64,000 nucleotides of DNA. Source: Candidatus Poribacteria bacterium (GTDB taxonomy: Bacteria; Poribacteria; WGA-4E; WGA-3G). The notes under the pieces are model-generated. The model was not told where the DNA came from. It was given only the letters and a program-made list of their open reading frames with translations, and did no database searches. The stretch is from the NCBI GenBank assembly GCA_028824685.1, contig JAPPCZ010000055.1:4673-68672 (forward strand). Reading direction: 5' to 3'. Position numbers and translations under genes: made by a program. Positions within the stretch are counted from its first letter, which is position 1; each line of letters starts with the position of its first letter. Shown here in pieces: positions 28,070 to 37,836 of this stretch.

Positions 28070-28126
28070 TGTAGGAGCGATCTCCGAATCGCGACATATA
28101 ATCGGGAATCGGAGTTCCCTCCTACA
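28070..28126. repeat. Palindromic dispersed repeat family 1, copy C
   Basis: tgtaggagcgatctccgaatcgcgac...atcgggaatcggagttccctcctaca; near-identical arms to copy A at 4858-4923. Confidence 0.7.
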
Positions 28127-28169
28127 CTACAGACAATATGTCGGGAGTTAGACAAATGTCACGACTACT

Positions 28170-29699
28170 TTAAAATGTGCTTTCGCTGTTGGTAATAGGA
28201 CACCATCGCGCCATGAGTAGATAATCAAAAAGGACTGATTCTGCTTCTGGTGTGCTAATCCGTTTGAGCGCATGGATAGAATTGTCCCTCACGTACCGGT
28301 TTTTATCCGAAAGCGAATCCTTTAAAACAGGAATCGCATCACTTGAAGCAGGACCAATTTGTGCTAATGCTAATGCAGACTCAAAACGGACTTGGACATC
28401 ATCATCGTTCGCTAATCTATCAATCAACGTTGGCACTGCAGGCGCTGCAGATGCACCTATTGCCCCGAAGGCTTCTGGAATATAACGTCTGACTTCAACG
28501 TTGCTATCCTCAGACCTTTCTATCAATGCAGAAACCGCTGACTCTGCTGTACTTCCGATCTGTGCTAAAGCGTAAGTTGCTTCAACTCGCACCCCATCAT
28601 TTTCATGTTCCAATGCTTCGCAGAGTGCTGGCACTGCGGGCTCTCCAACTGCTGCTAACCCATACGCCGCCATACGGCGCGTCGGACCATTTTCATCAGC
28701 AAGTTTTTCAATCAATGCCGACACAGCAGGTTCACCAATCGCACCCAACGTATAGGCGGCATTCAAACGAGCAGGTTCATAGTTGTTCCGCAAGGTTTCA
28801 CTCAACATCGGAATTGCATCGGCTGCGGATTCCCCTAATAACCCCAATTCATCGGCAGCATCAGAACGGACAGTAGGATCTTCATCGCTCAATGCTTCAA
28901 TATGTTTTGCCAAATTGCCGTTAGCCTGCTGTCCTGCATATCCATTAGAATTGCCAGTCATCCATTTCCAAACATGCCGCCATGTCGTTTCATGTCTTTT
29001 AGCAGCAAGGTTACCATTTACATCAAGTCCATCGGTTTCCCACTTTGTATTTTCCACGTTCCATTCCGGTTCTCGTGGTTCATCCAAGCGGATAAACTGA
29101 AACTTCATCATGTAGCGAGTCTTATCGGTATGATTTGCCATTGCACGATGCCACAAATCAAAGTGAATGATTGATACCGTCCCCGCTTCACCGTTCAGTG
29201 CAGTTTCACCATCGTTGTTTTCAGTAATCCTGTTACTGTAGTATTGCGTTCCCGATAGGATTGCTGAGGGACCGATTTCAACTGGCGTATCCTGTGGATA
29301 GTAGAACGCCATCGCCCAGCGAGGTAGGTGATGCCGAACCTTCTGATGTCCCCAGTAGCTATCTTTATGGAAACCTTGTCCACCACTGTGTGCTGCATTC
29401 CGATGTGGATGCCGATGTGAATGCATCACATAGTTCTGTCCTAAAATACTGGTAAATGCACCGCGAACCACAGGGTCATCAAACACTGCTTGTAACTCTG
29501 GCACTCTCGGGAAGATATTATTTCCCAAGTTACCTTCTTTTTCTGTATATTCCTGTGTTTTACGATAGATTGTCTCGTGAACACTGCGCGGCAAATCCGT
29601 TTTCACTGTAACATACCCGTTTACAATGAAATCCCGCATCTGTTCATCGCTGAATAAATTAAAATGTGTTTGCATCATCAAATCTCCGTTTCTTATCAA
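28170..29699 (-). CDS. PhyH-like (phytanoyl-CoA dioxygenase-type Fe(II)/2OG oxygenase) domain fused to C-terminal HEAT/PBS-lyase repeats
   Basis: N-terminal PhyH-like region with His ligands (HRHPHRNAAHSGG...HKDSYWGH). C-terminal about 7 HEAT-like repeats (DPTVRSDAADELGLLGESAADAIP, EPARLNAAYTLGAIGEPAVSALI, NGPTRRMAAYGLAAVGEPAVPAL, NDGVRVEATYALAQIGSTA). Confidence 0.6.
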   Translation of the reverse strand: MIRNGDLMMQTHFNLFSDEQMRDFIVNGYVTVKTDLPRSVHETIYRKTQEYTEKEGNLGNNIFPRVPELQAVFDDPVVRGAFTSILGQNYVMHSHRHPHRNAAHSGGQGFHKDSYWGHQKVRHHLPRWAMAFYYPQDTPVEIGPSAILSGTQYYSNRITENNDGETALNGEAGTVSIIHFDLWHRAMANHTDKTRYMMKFQFIRLDEPREPEWNVENTKWETDGLDVNGNLAAKRHETTWRHVWKWMTGNSNGYAGQQANGNLAKHIEALSDEDPTVRSDAADELGLLGESAADAIPMLSETLRNNYEPARLNAAYTLGAIGEPAVSALIEKLADENGPTRRMAAYGLAAVGEPAVPALCEALEHENDGVRVEATYALAQIGSTAESAVSALIERSEDSNVEVRRYIPEAFGAIGASAAPAVPTLIDRLANDDDVQVRFESALALAQIGPASSDAIPVLKDSLSDKNRYVRDNSIHALKRISTPEAESVLFDYLLMARWCPITNSESTF

Positions 29700-29924
29700 G
29701 ATTAGGTGATTTTGTCACTATTACGCGATATTGCGATAGTGTACTTGAATTTATCTGTTACTATTTTACTTGACTTTTAGTTATTTGTCATATAATTTTT
29801 CAATAAAATCCCGAATTTATTACCATAATAGCAAAACAGTTTACAGAACCCTATATTTTGTGTATGATTAACGCAGAGTCAGATTTCCGCTTCAAATTCC
29901 TACCGACACGAAAGTGAGCACATA

Positions 29925-31841
29925 TTGATTCAACAACGAACCCGGACAAGTCTATCTTGGCGCGCAGTAATCATTGGCTTGATGTGTGCCACATTAGAAT
30001 GTCTCCTCGCCCCCTACAATGATTATGTCATTCGCAATATTTTCCTTGCCGGCGGACACTTTCCTGTCGGTCCCTTCTTTGTGCTTACTGTATTTGTTTT
30101 GGGAATTAACGTTATCTTAAAGCAGATTAATCCCAAATCTGCGTTTTCACCGGGTGAACTGATAACAATCTGGTGCATCATGCTTGCACCTGCAGGTATC
30201 CCGTCTTCGGGTATGATGCGCTATGCGCTCAGTCCGATGATTGCTTACAAGTATCTTGCTACACCAGAAAACGATTGGGAGTCATTGTTTTACCACTACA
30301 TTCCACACTGGCGTGTTGTGCACGATGAAGCCGCAATTAGCTCTTTTTATGAGGGATTATTTGCTGGAGAGGTGGTGCCGTGGGGTGCTTGGATAACACC
30401 GATACTCGTCTGGAGTGCTTATGTCATCGTCATCTACTTCGTGATGATCTGCCTCTCTGTATTACTGCGTAAGCAGTGGGTAGAATATGAACGCTGCGCT
30501 TTTCCACTTGTCAAACTACCGGTTGAGATGGCAGTGCAAGGCAGCGGTAGACTCGGACCGCTCTTTAAGAACAGCGTGTTCTGGTTTGGCGTTGCATTTC
30601 CAGTGTTTCTTCATACGATGAATGGACTCCATACGTTTTTCCCATCCGTTCCACATATCCCGCGCGATTTTTGGCTCAATCACTATTTCAACGAAAGACC
30701 GTGGACTGCATTGCGTCCATTTCAAGTCGTCATTTTTTGGTCTATGGTGGGGTTTAGTTATCTGCTTACTTTAGAAGTCTCGTTCAGTATCTGGTTTTTC
30801 TTTGTGTTTTACAAGCTGCAATGTCTGATAGGTGTAATGCTCGGTTTTCAACTGACTTCCGGGCCGGGTGTGCAATGGACAGGAAAATCTTTTAGTGCTG
30901 CACAGGAGGCAGGGGCATGTTTAGTATTTGTCGCCATTGCATTATGGAAAACGCGGCATCATATCAAAAACATGTTCCAGAAAAGTTCCTCTGATGAGGC
31001 ACTGCCCTACGGTGTTACGGTCTTTGGTCTAATTGGAGGAATCTGTGTTCTCGTGTTTTTCAATCACCTGATGGGCATGTCTATACTTTTTGCTATCGGT
31101 TTTGTCTTGTTCCTGCTTGCTATGTATGTCGTTTTAACATGGCAGGTAATTAACGGTGGTATTCCATTTATCAATCCATCTTTTTCACCACAAAGTTTTT
31201 TTCTAACGACACTTGGCACTTCAAGAATACACCCATCAACATTAACATCGTTAATGATGCATCCCGTCTGTTTAACGCTTGACCTACGCGAATTTATGAT
31301 GCCAAACATCATGAATGGACTAAAAGCAACAGACGAAGCACGCGTCAAGCGACGACAGCTGCTCATCGCTATGGCGGTTGCGATGGTCATCGGTCTGGGC
31401 GTTTCTTATTATTCAGCGATCAAAGTTGGGTATGCCCACGGCGCGCCTTATATGGGTGGCGGATGGTTTATGCGGCAACTCGAAGGATTACTCACAAGTC
31501 CAAAAACCAGCACCAATTGGACAAATACTGGATTTATCTTGTTCGGAGGTGGGTTCACAGGGTGGTTAATGTGGATGCGGCAGACGTTTGTTTGGTGGCC
31601 CCTGCACCCTCTCGGCTATACGATGTTAAGTTCATGGGCAACGTTCAAACTGTGGTTTTCAATCTTTTTAGGATGGGGAATGAAATTTGCGATTGTGAAA
31701 TACGGCGGACTGAAGGCATATCGCCAAGCGCGACCGGCATTCCTCGGTTTGGTCATCGGAGAGATGTTGTGTGCTGGTTTATGGGCAATTGTTGGAATGT
31801 CAACTGGGATTAGTAGTGGATACAGGATATTGCCCGATTGA
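29925..31841 (+). CDS. Hypothetical polytopic integral membrane protein (638 aa, at least 12 predicted TM helices)
   Basis: Long hydrophobic segments throughout; Trp/Tyr-rich loops. No transporter signature recognised. Confidence 0.4.
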   Translation: MIQQRTRTSLSWRAVIIGLMCATLECLLAPYNDYVIRNIFLAGGHFPVGPFFVLTVFVLGINVILKQINPKSAFSPGELITIWCIMLAPAGIPSSGMMRYALSPMIAYKYLATPENDWESLFYHYIPHWRVVHDEAAISSFYEGLFAGEVVPWGAWITPILVWSAYVIVIYFVMICLSVLLRKQWVEYERCAFPLVKLPVEMAVQGSGRLGPLFKNSVFWFGVAFPVFLHTMNGLHTFFPSVPHIPRDFWLNHYFNERPWTALRPFQVVIFWSMVGFSYLLTLEVSFSIWFFFVFYKLQCLIGVMLGFQLTSGPGVQWTGKSFSAAQEAGACLVFVAIALWKTRHHIKNMFQKSSSDEALPYGVTVFGLIGGICVLVFFNHLMGMSILFAIGFVLFLLAMYVVLTWQVINGGIPFINPSFSPQSFFLTTLGTSRIHPSTLTSLMMHPVCLTLDLREFMMPNIMNGLKATDEARVKRRQLLIAMAVAMVIGLGVSYYSAIKVGYAHGAPYMGGGWFMRQLEGLLTSPKTSTNWTNTGFILFGGGFTGWLMWMRQTFVWWPLHPLGYTMLSSWATFKLWFSIFLGWGMKFAIVKYGGLKAYRQARPAFLGLVIGEMLCAGLWAIVGMSTGISSGYRILPD

Positions 31842-31897
31842 GACGGGACAGTGATTGTAGAACGGTTCCAGGATATTCAGTTCAGAGAATCCTCTTC

Positions 31898-32076
31898 TGT
31901 AGGAGCGACCTCCTGGTCGCGACACCAACATATAAAAACTATGGTAGAGATTAGAATTAACGCTACATTCCTGAACTGTGAATCAACGCAGAATGCGCTT
32001 TTGGCATTCTGCGGGAGGGAACTCCGATTCCCGACTGCTCCTAAGTTTCTGTCGCGATTCGGAGATCCCTCCTACA
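31898..32076. repeat. Composite/degenerate cluster of family-1 repeat fragments plus a perfect 9-bp-stem hairpin
   Basis: tgtaggagcgacctcctggtcgcgac (31898-31923). Hairpin gcagaatgc-gcttttg-gcattctgc (31988-32012). gggagggaactccgattcccgac (32013-32036) and gtcgcgattcggagatccctcctaca (32051-32076). Lies between convergent genes. Confidence 0.6.
31988..32012. terminator. Candidate bidirectional stem-loop between convergent genes (9-bp perfect stem)
   Basis: gcagaatgc / gcattctgc stem with a 7-nt loop; no canonical U-tract, so an intrinsic terminator function is uncertain. Confidence 0.25.
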
Positions 32077-32137
32077 GAGGAAATGTAGAATTATTTCTAT
32101 AGTCCACTATAGATAGTCCTGGAACCTATTCTAAGGA

Positions 32138-32902
32138 TTATTTGGCTTTGAGTGCCCCCCATTGCGTGGCAAGTTTGCCTTGAGGTTCAACCGGTGTTAA
32201 TGCTTGGAGTTCTAAGGTCTCAATTTCGCCTGCTGTTAAAGCGACATTGTAAATTCGGGATTCTTCAATATGGGCGTTGAGATCACCAGGACCGCTAAGT
32301 CCATTCACATGACGTTTACCCCAAATCGCTTCTGAATCACCAGCCTCCCAAGTTCTGAGATCGCCTCTTTTGAAACTTCCCATGCTCTCACCGTTACGGT
32401 AACCCGTGATCTCATATTGGTTGTTGTCGTTCTTGTACGTGATAGCGATGAAAACCCTGTCACCAGTTTCAGGTTCAGTGACTGCATTGGGAAAATCTGC
32501 TGTACGCCTAAAATGACTGCTCCCGGGCATCCACTGTTTTACGACCCTTTCTGCCCAAACGATTCCACAAAATTGATCTGTTGACACCTCATCTAATGTG
32601 AGCGCGGAACCGTTTGTCTTCGCGTAACTATCTAAACTCACCCAAGATGCTAAGGTTAATTCTGTGATGTCAGGACCGGTATAATCCAGTGAATGTGCCC
32701 ATTTTCCATTAGCAACAACTAATTGTCCATCTTCTATTGTGGCACCGTGTAGGACAACATCTCCAAAGTTACCTGTTTCTTCCTTCGCACTATCAAATCG
32801 CCACCAACCGACGAGATTGTCTTCTTGTACTTGTGCAAAAACTGACATCGGCATGCCAACCATTAACAACACAGCACATACACAGTAAATTTTTGTTCTC
32901 AT
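32138..32902 (-). CDS. Secreted LamG/concanavalin-like domain protein with C-terminal KLATQWGALKAK tail
   Basis: Signal peptide ...MPMSVFAQVQ. LVGWWRFD...TGNFGDVVLHGATIEDGQLVVANGKWAHSLDYTGPDITELTLASWVSLD (LamG_3-like). Conserved tail. Tandem paralog of 32994-33764. Confidence 0.6.
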   Translation of the reverse strand: MRTKIYCVCAVLLMVGMPMSVFAQVQEDNLVGWWRFDSAKEETGNFGDVVLHGATIEDGQLVVANGKWAHSLDYTGPDITELTLASWVSLDSYAKTNGSALTLDEVSTDQFCGIVWAERVVKQWMPGSSHFRRTADFPNAVTEPETGDRVFIAITYKNDNNQYEITGYRNGESMGSFKRGDLRTWEAGDSEAIWGKRHVNGLSGPGDLNAHIEESRIYNVALTAGEIETLELQALTPVEPQGKLATQWGALKAK

Positions 32903-32993
32903 GTGAACAACTCCTTTTTATTTGGTTTAATGGTTTACCTAAGTGAGTTGACTTAGGTAAACCGTATAACTTATCTTGAACTGCTGCAAAAGA

Positions 32994-33764
32994 CTATTTC
33001 CTTTTCATCTTTGCCCAACGGGTAGCGAGTTTACCGCGTGGTTCTACTGGAAGATCCCCTTGGTACATAGCTTTAACATCGTCATGCGACAATGCAACGT
33101 TATAGATACGAGATTCTTCAATGTCAGCAGTTATAGAATTGCTAACTCTACCATCAACACCACCGGAATGCCTTGCTCCCCAAATAGCTTCAGCATTTTC
33201 CTTTGTCCAGGTCCTTTTATCTCCTTTTTTGAAACTCCCCATACTCTTATCGTTACGGTAGCCAGTAATCTCGTATTGACCACCATCAAGTTCATAAGTG
33301 ATGGTTAGTAATACCATCTCCCCTTCTTTGTCTTCATTCACTACGTTAGGGAAGTCATTCGTACGTCTAAAATGGCTACTACCAGGCATCCATTGTTTCG
33401 CCTGTCTTTCAGCATAAACAATCGCAACAAACTGATCAATATCCGTTCTATCCAATGTAAGGGCGGAACCGTGTGTATGTCCCAGATCATTTAATGTTAC
33501 CCAACTCGCTAAAGTTATATCAGTGATATCTGGCCCATCGTATTCAATGGAATTCGCCCAATTGTCACGCGTACAGACCAGTTGTCCATCTTTAATTTCG
33601 GCACCACGGAGGATGATTTCCCCCCAATTGCCAGTTTCCTCTGTTTTGTCATCAAAAAGCCACCAACCAACAAGGTTTTTTTCTTGCACCTGTGCAAAAA
33701 CTGACATTGAAACAGTCAACATCAGCAACACTACAAGCACACCCAAAATGCTATGAACTTTCAT
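32994..33764 (-). CDS. Secreted LamG/concanavalin-like domain protein with C-terminal KLATRWAKMKRK tail (tandem paralog)
   Basis: Signal peptide ...VSMSVFAQVQ. LVGWWLFDD..EETGNWGEIILRGAEIKDGQLVCTRDNWANSIEYDGPDITDITLASWVTLN. Same architecture and tail as the neighbouring gene. Confidence 0.6.
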   Translation of the reverse strand: MKVHSILGVLVVLLMLTVSMSVFAQVQEKNLVGWWLFDDKTEETGNWGEIILRGAEIKDGQLVCTRDNWANSIEYDGPDITDITLASWVTLNDLGHTHGSALTLDRTDIDQFVAIVYAERQAKQWMPGSSHFRRTNDFPNVVNEDKEGEMVLLTITYELDGGQYEITGYRNDKSMGSFKKGDKRTWTKENAEAIWGARHSGGVDGRVSNSITADIEESRIYNVALSHDDVKAMYQGDLPVEPRGKLATRWAKMKRK

Positions 33765-34109
33765 TTCCAGAATTCTCCTTTTTTCTTCTTATTTTGCAGT
33801 TTTAACATCTGCATTTCCTAAAAAGTTACGGGAACTATCAAATCTTTCTACCTATCATATTTTAATATGATAACAGATACTCTATTAAGAATTCAAACTT
33901 TTTAAATCTAAAGTCCACACAAGCATTTGCGAAGTCTATCCCAATAAGCGTGAGCAACTGTCAATCATAAGTATAATATAACATATCTGACAAAACGAAA
34001 CAAGATAAATTCTCATGATTCAGAATCATTACGCTTGCATAGTGGTTAGGAAGGGACAGGGCACTCTAAATCACTCTAATGGTTTTACATTTTTCATCTT
34101 AATGTGTTA

Positions 34110-34118
34110 TGATATAAT
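34110..34118 (+). promoter_or_regulatory. Candidate extended -10 promoter element (TGaTATAAT) upstream of the WD40 gene array
   Basis: tgatataat lies about 180 bp upstream of the first array gene in an AT-rich 530-bp intergenic region; no clear -35 box. Confidence 0.3.
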
Positions 34119-34297
34119 CGGAGTTTGATAATAAGAACCCAAGTGTAGATGGAGGTTGGATTAAACAGTATGTAATCTTTAGGCATCAATTAGTTCCTTA
34201 CTTTTCTTGTTGAAGGCTTTGTAAGCCCGAAATTTCTTGATTTCATGTTTGATTACCTGCGGTTTAGCATACCTCACCAAAAATCTTAGTTGGTATT

Positions 34298-35488
34298 TTG
34301 AAAGAAAATATGAAAACTCAAAAAATTTTGATCCTATTCTTTGCGATTGTTGTTGCTGTAGTGCTTTTAATGTTTTCAACGTGGCATCAATGGAGCGACA
34401 ATCAAAAAACGACAAAGGAACGGTTGAGACCGGTTCCTCCAATTGCTGAGTTTAATCATGGTACTTCAATAAGTGATGTTGCTTTTTCTTCCACGAATCC
34501 GGAACTATTTGCAAGTGCTGGAGCAGGGAACACTGTAAAAATTTGGAACGTAAACAATCAAGATAGTCCTCAAATAACGCTGGAAGTTCAGGAAGACAAT
34601 GATGGTTCTACCAACCTGAACGGTATAGCTTTTTCACCAACAGATAAATGGTTAGCCAGTAAAACTTTCCGAACACTTGAATTTTGGGATGTTTCATCAG
34701 GTAGGAAAATTGACTTTATGAAGATTCCAGCATCTACATTCGCTATTTCTCCTGAAGGACGTTATCTTGCAACAGCGGCAAGAGAATTGAAATTGTGGGA
34801 TATTAGTAATCCAAAAGACATTAAAGGATTAGTTTTATTACCGCCAGAGATAGGTTGGAAGCCTCTATCTCTGGAAGAGATAAGTGTACCCGGTCCTACT
34901 TCTGATCCGCTAACAAAATATCACATGTTACCTAATAAATACCATCATGCAACAGACAACCAGTTTTATGATTCAATTGATTTTTCAAATAACGGCAAAT
35001 GGCTTGCAGCTGGAGGAGATGTAGATGACAAAATCAAGAAAAAAAGGATTGGTATAATAAAAGTTTGGGATTTACGAAGTAAACAACTTATCAAGCTAAT
35101 AAAGAGGGACAGAAAAGTTGCAGAAGGTGCTAAACCTAAAGAATTTATCAATAGTATCCGTGCCATCAATTTCTCGCCAGACAACCGTTTTTTTGCTGTC
35201 GCGGCTAACAATGGGTTAACTATATGGTCTCTACCTGAATGGAATATCTATCATGAAGTACTGGATCAACGCATAAGAGATATAGCGTTTTCACCAGATG
35301 GCACGATGTATGCAGTTGCAGATGTCAAGGGAATCACCCTCTGGTCAGTGGAAAATATTACCCCTATTGCTTTGCTAAGAGGAAAAGGTCTTTTTGCCAG
35401 TGTTTCAATAATTGCGTTTTCTGCAGATGGCAGCATGATTGCTGGTGGGAATTACGATGGTGTTCTTCGTCTCTGGGATTTGAGGTAA
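34298..35488 (+). CDS. N-terminally membrane-anchored WD40 beta-propeller protein, array copy 1
   Basis: N-terminal TM anchor (KILILFFAIVVAVVLLMFSTW), then the conserved linker RPVPPIAEFNHG and WD40-like blades (GNTVKIWNVNN, LEFWDVSSG, LKLWDISNP, IKVWDLRSKQLIK, LTIWSLPEWNIYHE, ITLWSVEN, GVLRLWDLR). Confidence 0.65.
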   Translation: MKENMKTQKILILFFAIVVAVVLLMFSTWHQWSDNQKTTKERLRPVPPIAEFNHGTSISDVAFSSTNPELFASAGAGNTVKIWNVNNQDSPQITLEVQEDNDGSTNLNGIAFSPTDKWLASKTFRTLEFWDVSSGRKIDFMKIPASTFAISPEGRYLATAARELKLWDISNPKDIKGLVLLPPEIGWKPLSLEEISVPGPTSDPLTKYHMLPNKYHHATDNQFYDSIDFSNNGKWLAAGGDVDDKIKKKRIGIIKVWDLRSKQLIKLIKRDRKVAEGAKPKEFINSIRAINFSPDNRFFAVAANNGLTIWSLPEWNIYHEVLDQRIRDIAFSPDGTMYAVADVKGITLWSVENITPIALLRGKGLFASVSIIAFSADGSMIAGGNYDGVLRLWDLR

Positions 35489-35492
35489 TTAA

Positions 35493-36668
35493 ATGAACGG
35501 TAAAAAAATCTTTCTGTTGTTCTTAGCTATTATAGTTGCTGGTGTTCTGTTAGCGTCTTCAACTTGGCGGCAGTGGAACGACAATCAAAAGACTCTTTTG
35601 GAACGAACAGGACCGATTCTACCTATTGCAGAATTTAATCATGGTGCCATGGTTGATGACGTTGAATTTTCTCCATCAAATCAAGATATCATTGCAAGTG
35701 TAGGTGATGACAATAACATAAAAATTTGGAACACAAACAACCCAAGTACCCTTACGAAAACCCTGCATGATAATGAAGAAACTCTCGTCTCATTAGATTT
35801 TCTAAACAACGGAGAATTGCTTTTATGTAAAGGGCTGCATAGGAAGATGATATTATGTGATGCATCTTCATGGGAAAGAATAATTTTACCTCAGGAACAG
35901 TACTGTTGGGATGCTGAAATTTCACCATCTGCGGATTACCTTGCGAACGTCTATTCGCAACGATTAGAGTTGTGGGACATTCGGAATCCAAATGAGATCA
36001 CTGAGATAACCGAAATAACAGAGATTCATCATACTAAATATGCCAATTCCATGCGATGTGCTGACTTTTCACCTAACGGAAAATGGCTTGCCATTGGATT
36101 TGAAAACGGTGACATAAAATTTTGGGATTTAGAACAAAAGCAATTTATCAAGACGCTATCCGTTCCACATGAAAGTCACGAGCACTTGAAAGATATAATC
36201 TTTTCGCCTGATGGACGTTGGATTGCCGCTGCTGAACATAGCAGTTTGTCATTATGGGATGTTCAGCAAAGTCGACGTGTAAAGTTATTGGAGGATACCT
36301 ACATAGGTTTTCTCCGAGATGTAAAGTTTTCTCCTGATGGAAGATATATCGGCATAAAAACCCAGGATAAAATGAACAGATATACTATATGGAGTTTACC
36401 AGAAGTGCAAATCTACCATGAGGGGAGTGGTCGATACGTCACTGATCTTGCATTTTCGCCTGATGGGAAGATTCTTGCAATTTCAGATGCTGGTGAGGTA
36501 ACTCTTTTATCTATTGAAAATCTTACACCTATTGCCCTGCTGCAAGGTAAAGGCTTTTTAGGTGGAGCTATGGAACTTTCATTTTCACAAGATGGTAGTA
36601 TGCTTGCAGGTGGAGGTTATGGTGGTGTTCTTCGTCTCTGGGATATAGGGAAACTAAATGAACGGTAA
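35493..36668 (+). CDS. N-terminally membrane-anchored WD40 beta-propeller protein, array copy 2
   Basis: MNGKKIFLLFLAIIVAGVLLASSTWRQWNDNQKTLLERTGPILPIAEFNHG (identical to copy 3 over about 50 aa). Blades end in GVLRLWDIGKLNER. The 3' end overlaps the next start (ctaAATGAACGGTAA). Confidence 0.65.
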   Translation: MNGKKIFLLFLAIIVAGVLLASSTWRQWNDNQKTLLERTGPILPIAEFNHGAMVDDVEFSPSNQDIIASVGDDNNIKIWNTNNPSTLTKTLHDNEETLVSLDFLNNGELLLCKGLHRKMILCDASSWERIILPQEQYCWDAEISPSADYLANVYSQRLELWDIRNPNEITEITEITEIHHTKYANSMRCADFSPNGKWLAIGFENGDIKFWDLEQKQFIKTLSVPHESHEHLKDIIFSPDGRWIAAAEHSSLSLWDVQQSRRVKLLEDTYIGFLRDVKFSPDGRYIGIKTQDKMNRYTIWSLPEVQIYHEGSGRYVTDLAFSPDGKILAISDAGEVTLLSIENLTPIALLQGKGFLGGAMELSFSQDGSMLAGGGYGGVLRLWDIGKLNER

Positions 36669-37836
36669 AAAAATCTTTCTGTTGTTTTTAGCGATTATAG
36701 TTGCTGGAGTTCTGTTAGCGTCTTCAACTTGGCGGCAGTGGAACGACAATCAAAAGACTCTTTTGGAACGAACAGGACCGATTCTACCTATTGCAGAATT
36801 TAATCATGGTGTCCGGATCCATGCTATTGCTTTTTCACCAAGAAATCCTAACCTCATTGTTACTACGGGTGAAGACTACACCATAAAAGTTTGGGATAGG
36901 CACAACACACAAGCACCAGAAGTTGTATTGACCGGTATGCTTGCGCATGATGGTAGTGGGGACACTTATTCTGTTGAATGTATATCGTTTTCACCAACAG
37001 GTGAATGGCTTATAAGAAAAATAAATTGGATGCTGGAATTCTGGGATGTGTCTTCAAAAAAGAAATTGAATTCTTTTGATATCGGTCCTTCAAATGCAGC
37101 TATTTCTCCTGCCAATCACTTACTCGCAACTGCCTTTAACGATGTAAGACTATGGAATATCAGCAACCCAAATGAAATAATAGGAATGTTTGTGTTACCA
37201 CCACTGATAGGCGAACAAGCATTATCACACGAAGATGTGAGATTGTCTAAACATCATCACACTGATCTTGCAGTTAAACATCACAATGAGACGCTTAACC
37301 AAAATTATCGTATGGTTGATATCTCAAATGATGGAAAGTGGGTAGCCGCAGGAGGAGGTATATATGACAAAACGATCAGAAGATACTTTGATAAGGTAAA
37401 AGTCTGGAACTTACAAAGCAAGCAACTTGTTAAGATTATAGAGAGAAAGATACCGGATGACCGTAGACCTGGAGAATATCGTCAAGATATTCAATTTATT
37501 TGTTTTTCCCTTGACAACCGTTTTTTTGCCGTCGCAGGTGAGAGTGAATTGACTATTTGGTCTTTGCCTGAGTGGAATATCTATCACAAATTACCATGTC
37601 AACACATCAGCGATATGGCGTTTTCGCCAAGTGGAAAGATATTTGCCATTGTAGATGTGAAGGGAATAACCCTCTGGTCAGTAGACAATATGACCTCAAT
37701 TGCATTACTTAAGAGAAAAAGTCTTTGGGACAGTGTTACGAAAATTGCGTTTTCACCTGAGGGTAACATGCTCGCGGGTACTGAATATGATGGAATTCTG
37801 AGTCTTTGGGATTTGAGGGAACTAAATGAACGGTAA
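36658..37836 (+). CDS. N-terminally membrane-anchored WD40 beta-propeller protein, array copy 3
   Basis: Same N-terminal 50 aa as copy 2. Blades (TIKVWDRHN, LEFWDVSSK, VRLWNISNP, VKVWNLQSKQLVK, LTIWSLPEWNIYHK, ITLWSVDN, GILSLWDLRELNER). Overlaps the next gene's start. Confidence 0.65.
   Translation: MNGKKIFLLFLAIIVAGVLLASSTWRQWNDNQKTLLERTGPILPIAEFNHGVRIHAIAFSPRNPNLIVTTGEDYTIKVWDRHNTQAPEVVLTGMLAHDGSGDTYSVECISFSPTGEWLIRKINWMLEFWDVSSKKKLNSFDIGPSNAAISPANHLLATAFNDVRLWNISNPNEIIGMFVLPPLIGEQALSHEDVRLSKHHHTDLAVKHHNETLNQNYRMVDISNDGKWVAAGGGIYDKTIRRYFDKVKVWNLQSKQLVKIIERKIPDDRRPGEYRQDIQFICFSLDNRFFAVAGESELTIWSLPEWNIYHKLPCQHISDMAFSPSGKIFAIVDVKGITLWSVDNMTSIALLKRKSLWDSVTKIAFSPEGNMLAGTEYDGILSLWDLRELNER

Noticed and set aside
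4858-32076. Possibility that the tgtaggagcga... repeats form a CRISPR array
   Set aside because: Copies are tens of kilobases apart, palindromic with different cores, and not separated by regular unique spacers. No cas genes nearby. They fit REP/MITE-like elements instead.
34179-34442. 87-aa minus-strand ORF overlapping the start of the first WD40 array gene
   Set aside because: Lies in the AT-rich promoter region and array leader on the opposite strand; no conserved features.
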